64,000 nt of DNA from Amphiscolops sp. MND2022 (lineage: Eukaryota): NCBI GenBank assembly GCA_964187785.1, contig OZ076409.1:23252001-23316000 (forward strand). Direction: 5' to 3'. The stretch's first letter is position 1; each line of letters begins with the position of its first letter. Below are positions 42,101-57,100 of this stretch, piece by piece. Below the pieces are notes generated by a model. It was not told the DNA's origin. It ran no database searches and saw nothing but the letters and a program-made list of their open reading frames with translations. The translations under genes were made by a program, and so were the position numbers.

Positions 42101-45100
42101 TCAGATTTGTTTTCGTGGTTTTCAATATGTTTTCCGCTGATATATTTGAAAGTTCAGATTTTTTTCGTAGTTTTCAGTCTGTTTTCCGCTGATATATTTG
42201 AAAGTTCAGAATTTTTTTGTGGTTTTCGGTCTAATATATTTGAAACCAGATTTGTTTTCGTGGTTTTCAGTCTGTTTTCCGCTGATATATTTGAAAGTTC
42301 AGATTTTTTTCGTAGTTTTCAGTCTGTTTTCCGCTGGTATATTTGAAAGTTCAGATTTGTTTTCGTGGTTTTCAGTCTGTTTTCCGCTGATATTTTTGAA
42401 AGTTCAGTTTTCTTTCGTAGTTTTCAGTCTGTTTTCCGCTGATATATTTGAAAGTTCAGATTTTTTTTAGTAGTTTTTAGTCTGTTTTCCGCTGATATAT
42501 TTGAAAGTTCAGATTTTTTTGTGAATTTCAGTCTGTGTTCCGCTGATGAATTTGAAAGTTCATATTTGTTTTGTGGTTTTCAGTTTAATATATTTGAAAG
42601 TTCAGATTTGTTTTCGTGGTTTTCAATCTGTTTCCGCTGATATATTTGACAGTTCACATTTTTTTCGCAGTTTTCAGTCTGTTTTCCTCTGATATATTTG
42701 AAATTTCAGATTTTTTTTGTGGTTTTCGGTCTATTATTTTTGAAACTTCAGATTTGTTTTCGTGATTTTCAGTCTGTTTTCCGCTGATTTATTTGAAAGT
42801 TCAGATTTGTTTTCGTGGTTTTCAGTCTGTTTTCAGCTGATATTTTTGAAAGTTCAGATTTTTTTCGTAGTTTTCAGTCTGTTTTCCGCTGACATATTTG
42901 AAAGTTCAGATTTGTTTTCGTGGTTTTCAGTCTGTTTTCCGCTGATATATTTGAAAGTTCAGATTTTTTTCGTAGTTTTCAGTCTGTTTTCCGCTGATAT
43001 ATTTGAAAGTTCAGAATTTTTTTGTGGTTTTCGGTCTAATATATTTGAAACCAGATTTGTTTTCGTGGTTTTCAGTCTGTTTTCCGCTGATATATTTGAA
43101 AGTTCAGATTTTTTTCGTAGTTTTCAGTCTGTTTTCCGCTGGTATATTTGAAAGTTCAGATTTGTTTTCGTGGTTTTCAGTCTGTTTTCCGCTGATATTT
43201 TTGAAAGTTCAGTTTTCTTTCGTAGTTTTCAGTCTGTTTTCCGCTGATATATTTGAAAGTTCAGATTTTTTTTAGTAGTTTTTAGTCTGTTTTCCGCTGA
43301 TATATTTGAAAGTTCAGATTTTTTTGTGAATTTCAGTCTGTGTTCCGCTGATGAATTTGAAAGTTCATATTTGTTTTGTGGTTTTCAGTTTAATATATTT
43401 GAAAGTTCAGATTTGTTTTCGTGGTTTTCAATCTGTTTCCGCTGATATATTTGACAGTTCACATTTTTTTCGCAGTTTTCAGTCTGTTTTCCTCTGATAT
43501 ATTTGAAATTTCAGATTTTTTTTTGTGGTTTTCGGTCTATTATTTTTGAAACTTCAGATTTGTTTTCGTGATTTTCAGTCTGTTTTCCGCTGATTTATTT
43601 GAAAGTTCAGATTTGTTTTCGTGGTTTTCAGTCTGTTTTCAGCTGATATTTTTGAAAGTTCAGATTTTTTTCGTAGTTTTCAGTCTGTTTTCCGCTGACA
43701 TATTTGAAAGTTCAGATTTGTTTTCGTGGTTTTCAGTCTGTTTTCCGCTGATATATTTGAAAGTTCAGATTTTTTTTGTAGTTTTCAGTTTGTTTTCCGC
43801 TGATATATTTGAAAGTTCAGAATTTGTTGTGGTTTTCGGTCTAATATATTTGAAAATTCAGATTTGTTTTCGTGGTTTTCAGTCTGTTTTCCGCTGATAT
43901 ATTTGAGTTTAGATTTTTTTCGTAGTTTTCAGTCTGTTTTCTGCTGATATTTTTGAAAGTTCAGATTTGTTTTGTGGTTTTCGGTCTAATATATTTGAAA
44001 GTTCAGATTTGTTTTCGTGGTTATCAATCTGTTTTCCGCTGATATATTTGAAAGTTCAGATTTTTTTCGTAGTTTTCAGTCTGTTTTCCGCTGATATATT
44101 CGAAAGTTCAGAATTTTTTTGTGGTTTTCGGTCTAATATATTTGAAACTTCAGATTTGTTTTCGTGGTTTTCAGTCTGTTTTCCGCTGATATATTTGAAA
44201 GTTCAGATTTTTTTCGTAGTTTTCAGTCTGTTTTCCGCTGGTATATTTGAAAGTTCAGATTTGTTTTCGTGGTTTTCAGTCTGTTTTCCGCTGATATTTT
44301 TGAAAGTTCAGATTTATTTCGTAGTTTTCAGTCTGTTTTCCGCTGATATATTTGAAAGTTCAGATTTTTTTTAGTAGTTTTTAGTCTGTTTTCCGCTGAT
44401 ATATTTGAAAGTTCAGATTTTTTTGTGATTTTCAGTCTGTGTTTCGCTGATGAATTTGAAAGTTCATATTTGTTTTGTGGTTTTCAGTTTAATATATTTG
44501 AAAGTTCAGATTTGTTTTCGTGGTTTTCAATCTGTTTCCGCTGATATATTTGACAGTTCACATTTTTTTCGTAGTTTTCAGTCTGTTTTCCTCTGATATA
44601 TTTGAAATTTCAGTTTTTTTTGTGGTTTTCGGTCTATTATATTTGAAACTTCAGATTTGTTTTCGTGGTTTTCAGTCTGTTTTCCGCTGATTTATTTGAA
44701 AGTTCAGATTTGTTTTCGTGGTTTTCAGTCTGTTTTCAGCTGATATTTTTGAAAGTTCAGATTTCTTTCGTAGTTTTCAGTCTGTTTTCCGCTGATATAT
44801 TTGAATGTTCAGACTTTTTTTTGTGATTTTCAGTCTGTTTTCCGCTGATATATTTGAATGTTCAGATTTTTTTTAGTAGTTTTCAGTCTGTTCTCCGCTG
44901 ACATATTTGAAAGTTCAGATTTGTTTTCGTGGTTTTCAGTCTGTTTTCCGCTGATATATTTGAAAGTTTAGATTTTTTCTGTAGTTTTCAGTTCGTTTTC
45001 CGCTGATATATTTGAAAGTTCAGAATTTTTTGTGGTTTTCGGTCTAATATATTTGAAAATTCAGATTTGTTTTCGTGGTTTTCAGTCTGTTTTCCGCTGA

Positions 45101-48100
45101 TATATTTGAAAGTTCAGATTTTTTTGTGATTTTCAGTCTGTGTTCCGCTGATGAATTTGAAAGTTCATATTTGTTTTGTGGTTTTCAGTTTAATATATTT
45201 GAAAGTTCAGATTTGTTTTCGTGGTTTTCAATCTGTTTCCGCTGATATATTTGACAGTTCACATTTTTTTTGTAGTTTTCAGTCTGTTTTCCTCTGATAT
45301 ATTTGAAATTTCAGATTTTTTTGTGGTTTTCGGTCTATTATATTTGAAACTTCAGATTTGTTTTCGTGGTTTTCAGTCTGTTTTCCGCTGATTTATTTGA
45401 AAGTTCAGATTTGTTTTCGTGGTTTTCAGTCTGTTTTCAGCTGATATTTTCGAAAGTTCAGATTTCTTTCGTAGTTTTCAGTCTGTTTTCCGCTGATATA
45501 TTTGAAAGTTCAGACTTTTTTTGTGATTTTCAGTCTGTTTCCCGCTGATATATTTGAATGTTCAGATTTTTTTTTAGTAGTTTTCAGTCTGTTTTCCGCT
45601 GACATATTTGAAAGTTCAGATTTGTTTTCGTGGTTTTCAGTCTGTTTTCCGCTGATATATTTGAAAGTTCATATTTTTTTTTGTAGTTTTCAGTTCGTTT
45701 TCCGCTGATATATTTGAAAGTTCAGAATTTTTGTGGTTTTCGGTCTAATATATTTGGAAATTCAGATTTGTTTTCGTGGTTTTCAGTCTGTTTTCCGCTG
45801 GTATATTTGAAAGTTCAGATTTGTTTTCGTGGTTTTCAGTCTGTTTTCCGCTGATCTTTTTGAAAGTTCAGATTTATTTCGTAGTTTTCAGTCTGTTTTC
45901 CGCTGATATATTTGAAAGTTCAGATTCTTTTTAGTAGTTGTTAGTCTGTTTTCCGCTGATATATTTGAAAGTTCAGATTTTTTTGTGATTTTCAGTCTGT
46001 GTTCCGCTGATGAATTTGAAAGTTCATATTTGTTTTGTGGTTTTCAGTTTAATATATTTGAAAGTTCAGATTTGTTTTCGTGGTTTTCAATCTGTTTCCG
46101 CTGATATATTTGACAGTTCACATTTTTTTCGTAGTTTTCAGTCTGTTTTCCTCTGATATATTTGAAATTTCAGTTTTTTTTTGTGGTTTTCGGTCTATTA
46201 TATTTGAAACTTCAGATTTGTTTTCGTGGTTTTCAGTCTGTTTTCCGCTGATTTATTTGAAAGTTCAGATTTGTTTTCGTGGTTTTCAGTCTGTTTTCAG
46301 CTGATATTTTTGAAAGTTCAGATTTCTTTCGTAGTTTTCAGTCTGTTTTCCGCTGATATATTTGAATGTTCAGACTTTTTTTGTGATTTTCAGTCTGTTT
46401 TCCGCTGATATATTTGAATGTTCAGATTTTTTTTAGTAGTTTTCAGTCTGTTCTCCGCTGACATATTTGAAAGTTCAGATTTGTTTTCGTGGTTTTCAGT
46501 CTGTTTTCCGCTGATTTATTTGAAAGTTTAGATTTTTTCTGTAGTTTTCAGTTCGTTTTCCGCTGATATATTTGAAAGTTCAGAATTTTTTGTGGTTTTC
46601 GGTCTAATATATTTGAAAATTCAGATTTGTTTTCGTGGTTTTCAGTCTGTTTTCCGCTGATATATTTGAAAGTTCAGATTTTTTTGTGATTTTCAGTCTG
46701 TGTTCCGCTGATGAATTTGAAAGTTCATATTTGTTTTGTGGTTTTCAGTTTAATATATTTGGAAGTTCAGATTTGTTTTCGTGGTTTTCAATCTGTTTCC
46801 GCTAATATATTTGACAGTTCACATTTTTTTCGTAGTTTTCAGTCTGTTTTCCTCTGATATGTTTGAAATTTCAGATTTTTTTTGTGGTTTTCGGTCTATT
46901 ATATTTGAAACTTCAGATTTGTTTTCGTGGTTTTTAGTCTGTTTTCCGCTGATTTATTTGAAAGTTCAGATTTGTTTTCGTGGTTTTCAGTCTGTTTTCA
47001 GCTGATATTTTTGAAAGTTCAGATTTCTTTCGTAGTTTTCAGTCTGTTTTCCGCTGATATATTTGAAAGTTCAGACTTTTTTTTGTGATTTTCAGTCTGT
47101 TTTCCGCTGATATATTTGAATGTTCAGATTTTTTTTTAGTAGTTTTCAGTCTGTTTTCCGCTGACATATTTGAAAGTTCAGATTTGTTTTCGTGGTTTTC
47201 AGTCTGTTTTCCGCTGATATATTTGAAAGTTCATATTTTTTTTGTAGTTTTCAGTTCGTTTTCCGCTGATATATTTGAAAGTTCAGAATTTTTTGTGGTT
47301 TTCGGTCTAATATATTTGGAAATTCAGATTTGTTTTCGTGGTTTTCAGTCTGTTTTCCGCTGATATATTTGAGTTTAGATTTTTTTCGTAGTTTTCAGTC
47401 TGTTTTCCGCTGATATTTTTGAAAGTTCAGATTTTTTTTGTGGTTTTCTGTCTAAAATATTTGAAAATTCAGATTTGTTTTCGTGGTTTTCAGTCTGCTT
47501 TCCGCTGATATATTTGAAAGTTCAGATTTTTTTCGTAGTTTTCAGTCTGTTTCCCGCTGATACTTTTGAAAGTTCAGATTTCTTTCGTAGTTTTCAGTCT
47601 GTTTTCTGCTGATATATTTGAAAGTTCAGATTTTTTTTAGTAGTTTTTAGTCTGTTTTCCGCTGATATATTTGAAAGTTCAGATTTTTTTGTGATTTTCA
47701 GTCTGTGTTCCGCTGATGAATTTGAAAGTTCAGATTTGTTTTGTGGTTTTCAGTTTAATATATTTGAAAGTTCAGATTTGTTTTCGTGGTTTTCAATCTG
47801 TTTCCGCTGATATATTTGACAGTTCAGATTTTTTTCGTAAATTTTAGTCTGTTTTACTCTGATATATTTGAAAGGTAAGATTTTTTTGTGGTTTTCGGTC
47901 TATTATATTTGAAACTTCAGATTTGTTTTCGTGGTTTTCAGTCTGTTTTCCGCTGATTTATTTGAAAGTTCAGATTTGTTTTCGTGGTTTTCAGTCTGTT
48001 TTCCGCTGATATTTTTGAAAGTTCAGATTTCTCTCGTAGTTTTCAGTCTGTTTTCCGCTGATATATTTGAAAGTTCAGACTTTTTTTTGTGATTTTCAGT

Positions 48101-51100
48101 CTGTTTTCCGCTGATATATTTGAAAGTTCAGATATTTTAAAGTAGTTTTCAGTCTGTTTTCCGATGAAATATTTGAAAGTTCAGATTTGTTTTCGTGGTT
48201 TTCAGTCTGTTTTCCGCTGATATATTTGAAAGTTCAGATTTTTTTGTAGTTTTCAGTTTGTTTTCCGCTGATATATTTGAAAGTTCAGAATTTTTTGTGG
48301 TTTTCGGTCTAATATATTTGAAAATTCAGATTTGTTTTCGTGGTTTTCAGTCTGTTTTCCGCTGATATATTTGAAAGTTCAGATTTTTTTCGTAGTTTTC
48401 AGTCTGTTTTCCGCTGATGAATTTGAAAGTTCAGATTTGTTTTGTGGTTTTCGGTCTAAAATATTTGAAAGTTCAGATTTGTTTTCGTGGTTTTCAATCT
48501 GTTTCCGCTGACATATTTGACAGTTCATATTTTTTTTCGTAGTTTTCAGTCTGTTTTCCTCTGATATATTTGAAAGTTCAGATTTTTTTTGTGGTTTTCG
48601 GTCTATTAAATTTGAAACTTCAGATTTGTTTTCGTGGTTTTCAGTCTGTTTTCCGCTGATTTATTTGAAAGTTCAGATTTTTTTTAGTAGTTTTTAGTCT
48701 GTTTTCCGCTGATATATTTGAAAGTTCAGATTTTTTTGTGATTTTCAGTCTGTGTTCCGCTGATGAATTTGAAAGTTCAGATTTGTTTTGTGGTTTTCAG
48801 TTTAATAAATTTGAAAGTTCAGATTTGTTTTCGTGGTTTTCAATCTGTTTCCGCTGATATATTTGACAGTTCAGATTTTTTTCGTAAATTTCAGTCTGTT
48901 TTCCTCTGATATATTTGAAAGGTAAGATTTTTTTGTGGTTTTCGGTCTATTATATTTGAAACTTCAGATTTGTTTTCGTGGTTTTCAGTCTGTTTTCCGC
49001 TGATTTATTTGAAAGTTCAGATTTGTTTTTGTGGTTTTCAGTCTGTTTTCCGCTGATATTTTTGAAAGTTCAGATTTCTCTCGTAGTTTTCAGTCTGTTT
49101 TCCGCTGATATATTTGAAAGTTCAGACTTTTTTTTGTGATTTTCAGTCTGTTTTCCGCTTATATATTTGAAAGTTCAGATTTTTTAAAGTAGTTTTCAGT
49201 CTGTTTTCCGCTGACATATTTGAAAGTTCAGATTTGTTTTCGTGGTTTTCAGTCTGTTTTCCGCTGATATATTTGAAAGTTCAGATTTTTTTTGTAGTTT
49301 TCAGTTTGTTTTCCGCTGATATATTTGAAAGTTCAGAATTTTTTGTGGTTTTCGGTCTAATATATTTGAAAATTCAGATTTGTTTTCGTGGTTTTCAGTC
49401 TGTTTTCCGCTGATATATTTGAAAATTCAGATTTTTTTCGTAGTTTTCAGTCTGTTTTCCGCTGATGAATTTGAAAGTTCAGATTTGTTTTGTGGTTTTC
49501 GGTCTAAAATATTTGAAAGTTCAGATTTGTTTTCGTGGTTTTCAATCTGTTTCCGCTGACATATTTGACAGTTCATATTTTTTTTCGTAGTTTTCAGTCT
49601 GTTTTCCTCTGATATATTTGAAAGTTCAGATTTTTTTGTGGTTTCCGGTCTATTAAATTTGAAACTTCAGATTTGTTTTCGTGGTTTTCAGTCTGTTTTC
49701 CGCTGATATATTTGAAAGTTCAGATTTGTTTTCGTGGTTTTCAGTCTGTTTTCCGCTGATATTTTTGAAAGTTCAGATTTCTTTTGTAGTTTTCAGTCTG
49801 TTTTCCGCTGATATATTTGAAAGTTCAGACTTTTTTGTGGTTTTCAGTCTGTTTTCCGCTGATATACTTGAAAGTTCAGACTTTTTCTGTGATTTCCTGT
49901 CTGTTTTCCGCTGATATATTTGAAAGTTCAGATTTTTTCCGTGGTTTTCAGTCTGTTTTCCACTGATATATATGAAAGTTCAGTTTTTTGTGATTTTCAG
50001 TCTACTTTCCGCTGATATATTTGAAAGTTCAGATTTCTTTTCGTAGTTTTCAGTCTGTTTTCCGCTAATATATTTGAAAGTTCAGATTTTTTGGTGGTTT
50101 TTGGTCTAATATATTCGAAAGTTCAGATTTGTTTTCGTGGTTTTCAGTCTGTTTTCCGCTGATATATTTGGAAGTTCAGATTTTTTTCGTAGTTTTCAGT
50201 CTGTTTTCCGCTAATATATTCGAAAGTTCAGATTTTTTTTGTAGTTTTCAGTTTGTTTTCCGCTGATATATTTGAAAGTTCAGAATTTTTTGTGGTTTTC
50301 GGTCTAATATATTTGAAAATTCAGATTTGTTTTCGTGGTTTTCAGTCTGTTTTCCGCTGATATATTTGAAAATTCAGATTTTTTTTGTAGTTTTCAGTCT
50401 GTTTTCCGCTGATGAATTTGAAAGTTCAGATTTGTTTTGTGGTTTTCGGTCTAAAATATTTGAAAGTTCAGATTTGTTTTCGTGGTTTTCAATCTGTTTC
50501 CGCTGACATATTTGACAGTTCATATTTTTTTTCGTAGTTTTCAGTCTGTTTTCCTCTGATATATTTGAAAGTTCAGATTTTTTTTGTGGTTTCCGGTCTA
50601 TTAAATTTGAAACTTCAGATTTGTTTTCGTGGTTTTCAGTCTGTTTTCCGCTGATATATTTGAAAGTTCAGATTTGTTTTCGTGGTTTTCAGTCTGTTTT
50701 CCGCTGATATTTTTGAAATTTCAGATTTCTTTTGTAGTTTTCAGTCTGTTTTCCGCTGATATATTTGAAAGTTCAGACTTTTTTGTGGTTTTCAGTCTGT
50801 TTTCCGCTGATATACTTGAAAGTTCAGACGTTTTCAGTGATTTCCTGTCTGTTTTCCGCTGATATATTTGAAAGTTCAGATTTTTTCCGTGGTTTTCAGT
50901 CTGTTTTCCACTGATATATATGAAAGTTCAGTTTTTTGTGATTTTCAGTCTACTTTCCGCTGATATATTTGAAAGTTCAGATTTCTTTTCGTAGTTTTCA
51001 GTCTGTTTTCCGCTAATATATTTGAAAGTTCAGATTTTTTGGTGGTTTTTGGTCTAATATATTCGAAAGTTCAGATTTGTTTTCGTGGTTTTCAGTCTGT

Positions 51101-54100
51101 TTTCCGCTGATATATTTGGAAGTTCAGATTTTTTTTCGTAGTTTTCAGTCTGTTTTCCGCTAATATATTCGAAAGTTCAGATTTTTTTCGTACATTTTAG
51201 TCTGTTTTCCGCTGATATATTTGAAAGTTCAGATTTTTTTGTGGTTTTCGGTCTAATATATTTGAAAGTTCAGATTTGTTTTCGTGGTTTTCAGTCTGTT
51301 TTCCGCTGATATATTTGAAAATTCCGATTTTTTTTCGTAGTTTTCAGTCTGTTTTCCGCTGATACATTTGAAAGCTCAGATTTTTTTCGTAGTTTTCAGT
51401 CTGTGTTTCGCTGTTATATTTGAAAGTTCAGATTTGTTTTCGTGGTTTTCAGTCTGTTTTCCGCTCATATTTTCGAAAGTTCAGATTTTTTTCGTAGTTT
51501 TCAGTCTGTTTTCCGCTGATATATTTGAAATATCAGATTTTTTCGTGGTTTTCATTCTGTTTTCCGCTGATAGATTTGAAAGTTCAGATTTTTTTGTGAT
51601 TTTCAGTCTGTTTTCCGCTGAAATATTTGAAAGTTCAGTTTTTTTGTGATTTTCAGTCTGTTTTCCTCTGATATATTTGAAAGTTCAGATTTTTTTTCGT
51701 AGTTTTCAGTTTGTTTTCCGCTGATATATTTGAAAGTTCAGATTTTTTTGTGATTTTCAGTCTGTGTTCTGCTGATGAATTTGAAAGTTCAGATTTGTTT
51801 TGTGGTTTTCAGTTTAATATATTTGAAAGTTCAGATTTGTTTTCGTGGTTTTCAATCTGTTTCCGCTGATATATTTGACAGTTCAGATTTTTTTCGTAGT
51901 TTTCAGTCTGTTTTCCTCTGATATATTTGAAAGTTCAGATTTTTTTGTGGTTTTCGGTCTATTATATTTGAAACTTCAGATTTGTTTTCGTGGTTTTCAG
52001 TCTGTTTTCCGCTGATTTATTTGAAAGTTCAGATTTGTTTTCGTGGTTTTCAGTCTGTTTTCCGCTGATATTCTTGAAAGTTCAGATTTCTCTCGTAGTT
52101 TTCAGTCTGTTTTCCGCTGATATATTTGAAAGTTCAGACTTTTTTTTGTGATTTTCAGTCTGTTTTCCGCTGATATATTTGAAAGTTCAGATTTTTAAAA
52201 GTAGTTTTCAGTCTGTTTTCCGCTGACATATTTGAAAGTTCAGATTTTTTTTGTAGTTTTCAGTTTGTTTTCCGCTGATATATTTGAAAGTTCAGACTTT
52301 TTTGTGGTTTTCGGTCTAATATATTTGAAAATTCAGATTTGTTTTCGTGGTTTTCAGTCTGTTTTCCGGTGATATATTTGAAAGTTCAGATTTTTTTCGT
52401 AGTTTTCAGTCTGTTTTCCGCTGATGAATTTGAAAGTTCAGATTTGTTTTGTGGTTTTCGGTCTAATATATTTGAAAGTTCAGATTTGTTTTCGTGGTTT
52501 TCAATCTGTTTCCGCTGACATATTTGACAGTTCATATTTTTTTTCGTAGTTTTCAGTCTGTTTCCCTCTGATATATTTGAAAGTTCAGATTTTTTTTGTG
52601 GTTTGCGGTCTATTATATTTGAAACTTCAGATTTGTTTTCGTGGTTTTCAGTCTGTTTTCCGCTGATATATTTGAAAGTTCAGATTTGTTTTCGTGGTTT
52701 TCAGTCTGTTTTCCGCTCATATTTTCCAAAGTTCAGATTTTTTTCGTAGTTTTCAGTCTGTTTTCCGCTGATATATTTGAAATATCAGATTTTTTCGTGG
52801 TTTTCATTCTGTTTTCCGCTGATACATTTGAAAGTTCAGATTTTTTTGTGATTTTCAGTCTGTTTTCCGCTGAAATATTTGAAAGTTCAGTTTTGTTTTC
52901 GTGGTTTTCAGTCTGTTTTCCGCTCATATTTTCGAAAGTTCAGATTTTTTTCGTAGTTTTCAGTCTGTTTTCCGCTGATATATTTGAAATATCAGATTTT
53001 TTCGTGGTTTTCATTCTGTTTTCCGCTGATACATTTGAAAGTTCAGTTTTTTTGTGATTTTCAGTCTGTTTTCCTCTGATATATTTGAAAGTTCAGATTT
53101 TTTTTCGTAGTTTTCAGTTTGTTTTCCGCTGATATATTTGAAAGTTCAGATTTTTTTGTGATTTTCAGTCTGTGTTCTGCTGATGAATTTGAAAGTTCAG
53201 ATTTGTTTTGTGGTTTTCAGTTTAATATATTTGAAAGTTCAGATTTGTTTTCGTGGTTTTCAATCTGTTTCCGCTGATATATTTGACAGTTCAGATTTTT
53301 TTCGTAGTTTTCAGTCTGTTTTCCTCTGATATATTTGAAAGTTCAGATTTTTTTGTGGTTTTCGGTCTATTATATTTGAAACTTCAGATTTGTTTTCGTG
53401 GTTTTCAGTCTGTTTTCCGCTGATTTATTTGAAAGTTCAGATTTGTTTTCGTGGTTTTCAGTCTGTTTTCCGCTGATATTCTTGAAAGTTCAGATTTCTC
53501 TCGTAGTTTTCAGTCTGTTTTCCGCTGATATATTTGAAAGTTCAGACTTTTTTTTGTGATTTTCAGTCTGTTTTCCGCTGATATATTTGAAAGTTCAGAT
53601 TTTTAAAAGTAGTTTTCAGTCTGTTTTCCGCTGACATATTTGAAAGTTCAGATTTTTTTTGTAGTTTTCAGTTTGTTTTCCGCTGATATATTTGAAAGTT
53701 CAGAATTTTTTGTGGTTTTCGGTCTAATATATTTGAAAATTCAGATTTGTTTTCGTGGTTTTCAGTCTGTTTTCCGGTGATATATTTGAAAGTTCAGATT
53801 TTTTTCGTAGTTTTCAGTCTGTTTTCCGCTGATGAATTTGAAAGTTCAGATTTGTTTTGTGGTTTTCGGTCTAATATATTTGAAAGTTCAGATTTGTTTT
53901 CGTGGTTTTCAATCTGTTTCCGCTGACATATTTGACAGTTCATATTTTTTTTCGTAGTTTTCAGTCTGTTTCCCTCTGATATATTTGAAAGTTCAGATTT
54001 TTTTTGTGGTTTTCGGTCTATTATATTTGAAACTTCAGATTTGTTTTCGTGGTTTTCAGTCTGTTTTCCGCTGATATATTTGAAAGTTCAGATTTGTTTT

Positions 54101-57100
54101 TGTGGTTTTCAGTCTGTTTTCCGCTCATATTTTCGAAAGTTCAGATTTTTTTCGTAGTTTTCAGTCTGTTTTCCGCTGATATATTTGAAATATCAGATTT
54201 TTTCGTGGTTTTCATTCTGTTTTCCGCTGATACATTTGAAAGTTCAGATTTTTTTGTGATTTTCAGTCTGTTTTCCGCTGATATATTTGAAAGTTCAGAT
54301 TTTTTTGTGGTTTTCGGTCTAATATATTTGAAAGTTCAGATTTGTTTTCGTGGTTTTCAGTCTGTTTTCCGCTGATATATTTGAAAATTCCGATTTTTTT
54401 TTCGTAGTTTTCAGTCTGTTTTCCGCTGATACATTTGAAAGCTCAGATTTTTTTCGTAGTTTTCAGTCTGTGTTTCGCTGTTATATTTGAAAGTTCAGAT
54501 TTGTTTTCGTGGTTTTCAGTCTGTTTTCCGCTCATATTTTCGAAAGTTCAGATTTTTTTCGTAGTTTTCAGTCTGTTTTCCGCTGATATATTTGAAATAT
54601 CAGATTTTTTCGTGGTTTTCATTCTGTTTTCCGCTGATACATTTGAAAGTTCAGATTTTTTGTGATTTTCAGTCTGTTTTCCGCTGAAATATTTGAAAGT
54701 TCAGTTTTTTTGTGATTTTCAGTCTGTTTTCCTCTGATATATTTGAAAGTTCAGATTTTTTTTCGTAGTTTTCAGTTTGTTTTCCGCTGATATATTTGAA
54801 AGTTCAGATTTTTTTGTGATTTTCAGTCTGTGTTCTGCTGATGAATTTGAAAGTTCAGATTTGTTTTGTGGTTTTCAGTTTAATATATTTGAAAGTTCAG
54901 ATTTGTTTTCGTGGTTTTCAGTCTGTTTTCCGCTGATATATTTGAAAATTCCGATTTTTTTTCGTAGTTTTCAGTCTGTTTTCCGCTGATACATTTGAAA
55001 GCTCAGATTTTTTTTCGTAGTTTTCAGTCTGTGTTTCGCTGTTATATTTGAAAGTTCAGATTTGTTTTCGTGGTTTTCAGTCTGTTTTCCGCTCATATTT
55101 TCGAAAGTTCAGATTTTTTTCGTAGTTTTCAGTCTGTTTTCCGCTGATATATTTGAAATATCAGATTTTTTCGTGGTTTTCATTCTGTTTTCCGCTGATA
55201 CATTTGAAAGTTCAGATTTTTTTGTGATTTTCAGTCTGTTTTCCGCTGAAATATTTGAAAGTTCAGTTTTTTTGTGATTTTCAGTCTGTTTTCCTCTGAT
55301 ATATTTGAAAGTTCAGATTTTTTTTCGTAGTTTTCAGTTTGTTTTCCGCTGATATATTTGAAAGTTCAGATTTTTTTGTGATTTTCAGTCTGTGTTCTGC
55401 TGATGAATTTGAAAGTTCAGATTTGTTTTGTGGTTTTCAGTTTAATATATTTGAAAGTTCAGATTTGTTTTCGTGGTTTTCAGTCTGTTTTCCGCTGATA
55501 TATTTGAAAATTCCGATTTTTTTTCGTAGTTTTCAGTCTGTTTTCCGCTGATACATTTGAAAGCTCAGATTTTTTTCGTAGTTTTCAGTCTGTGTTTCGC
55601 TGTTATATTTGAAAGTTCAGATTTGTTTTCGTGGTTTTCAGTCTGTTTTCCGCTCATATTTTCGAAAGTTCAGATTTTTTTCGTAGTTTTCAGTCTGTTT
55701 TCCGCTGATATATTTGAAATATCAGATTTTTTCGTGGTTTTCATTCTGTTTTCCGCTGATACATTTGAAAGTTCAGATTTTTTTGTGATTTTCAGTCTGT
55801 TTTCCGCTGAAATATTTGAAAGTTCAGTTTTTTTGTGATTTTCAGTCTGTTTTCCTCTGATATATTTGAAAGTTCAGATTTTTTTTCGTAGTTTTCAGTT
55901 TGTTTTCCGCTGATATATTTGAAAGTTCAGATTTTTTTGTGATTTTCAGTCTGTGTTCTGCTGATGAATTTGAAAGTTCAGATTTGTTTTGTGGTTTTCA
56001 GTTTAATATATTTGAAAGTTCAGATTTGTTTTCGTGGTTTTCAATCTGTTTCCGCTGATATATTTGACAGTTCAGATTTTTTTCGTGGTTTTCAGTCTGT
56101 TTTCCGCTGATTTATTTGAAAGTTCAGATTTGTTTTCGTGGTTTTCAGTCTGTTTTCCGCTGATATTCTTGAAAGTTCAGATTTCTCTCGTAGTTTTCAG
56201 TCTGTTTTCCGCTGATATATTTGAAAGTTCAGACTTTTTTTGTAGTTTTCAGTTTGTTTTCCGCTGATATATTTGAAAGTTCAGAATTTTTTGTGGTTTT
56301 CGGTCTAATATATTTGAAAATTCAGATTTGTTTTCGTGGTTTTCAGTCTGTTTTCCGGTGATATATTTGAAAGTTCAGATTTTTTTCGTAGTTTTCAGTC
56401 TGTTTTCCGCTGATGAATTTGAAAGTTCAGATTTGTTTTGTGGTTTTCGGTCTAATATATTTGAAAGTTCAGATTTGTTTTCGTGGTTTTCAATCTGTTT
56501 CCGCTGACATATTTGACAGTTCATATTTTTTTTCGTAGTTTTCAGTCTGTTTCCCTCTGATATATTTGAAAGTTCAGATTTTTTTTGTGGTTTTCGGTCT
56601 ATTATATTTGAAACTTCAGATTTGTTTTCGTGGTTTTCAGTCTGTTTTCCGCTGATATATTTGAAAGTTCAGATTTGTTTTCGTGGTTTTCAGTCTGTTT
56701 TCCGCTGATATTTTTGAAAGTTCAGATTTCTTTCGTAGTTTTCAGTCTGTTTTCCGCTGACATATTTGAAAGTTCAGATTTGTTTTCGTGGTTTTCAGTC
56801 TGTTTTCCGCTGATATATTTAAAAGTTCAGATTTTTTTTTGTAGTTTTCAGTTTGTTTTCCGCTGATATATTTGAAAGTTCAGAATTTTTTGTGGTTTTC
56901 GGCCTAATATATTTGAAAATTCAGATTTGTTTTCGTGGTTTTCAATCTGTTTTCCGGTGATATATTTGAAAGTTCAGATTTTTTTCGTAGTTTTCAGTCT
57001 GTTTTCCGCTGATGAATTTGAAAGTTCAGATTTGTTTTGTGGTTTTCGGTCTAATATATTTGAAAGTTCAGATTTGTTTTCGTGGTTTTCAATCTGTTTC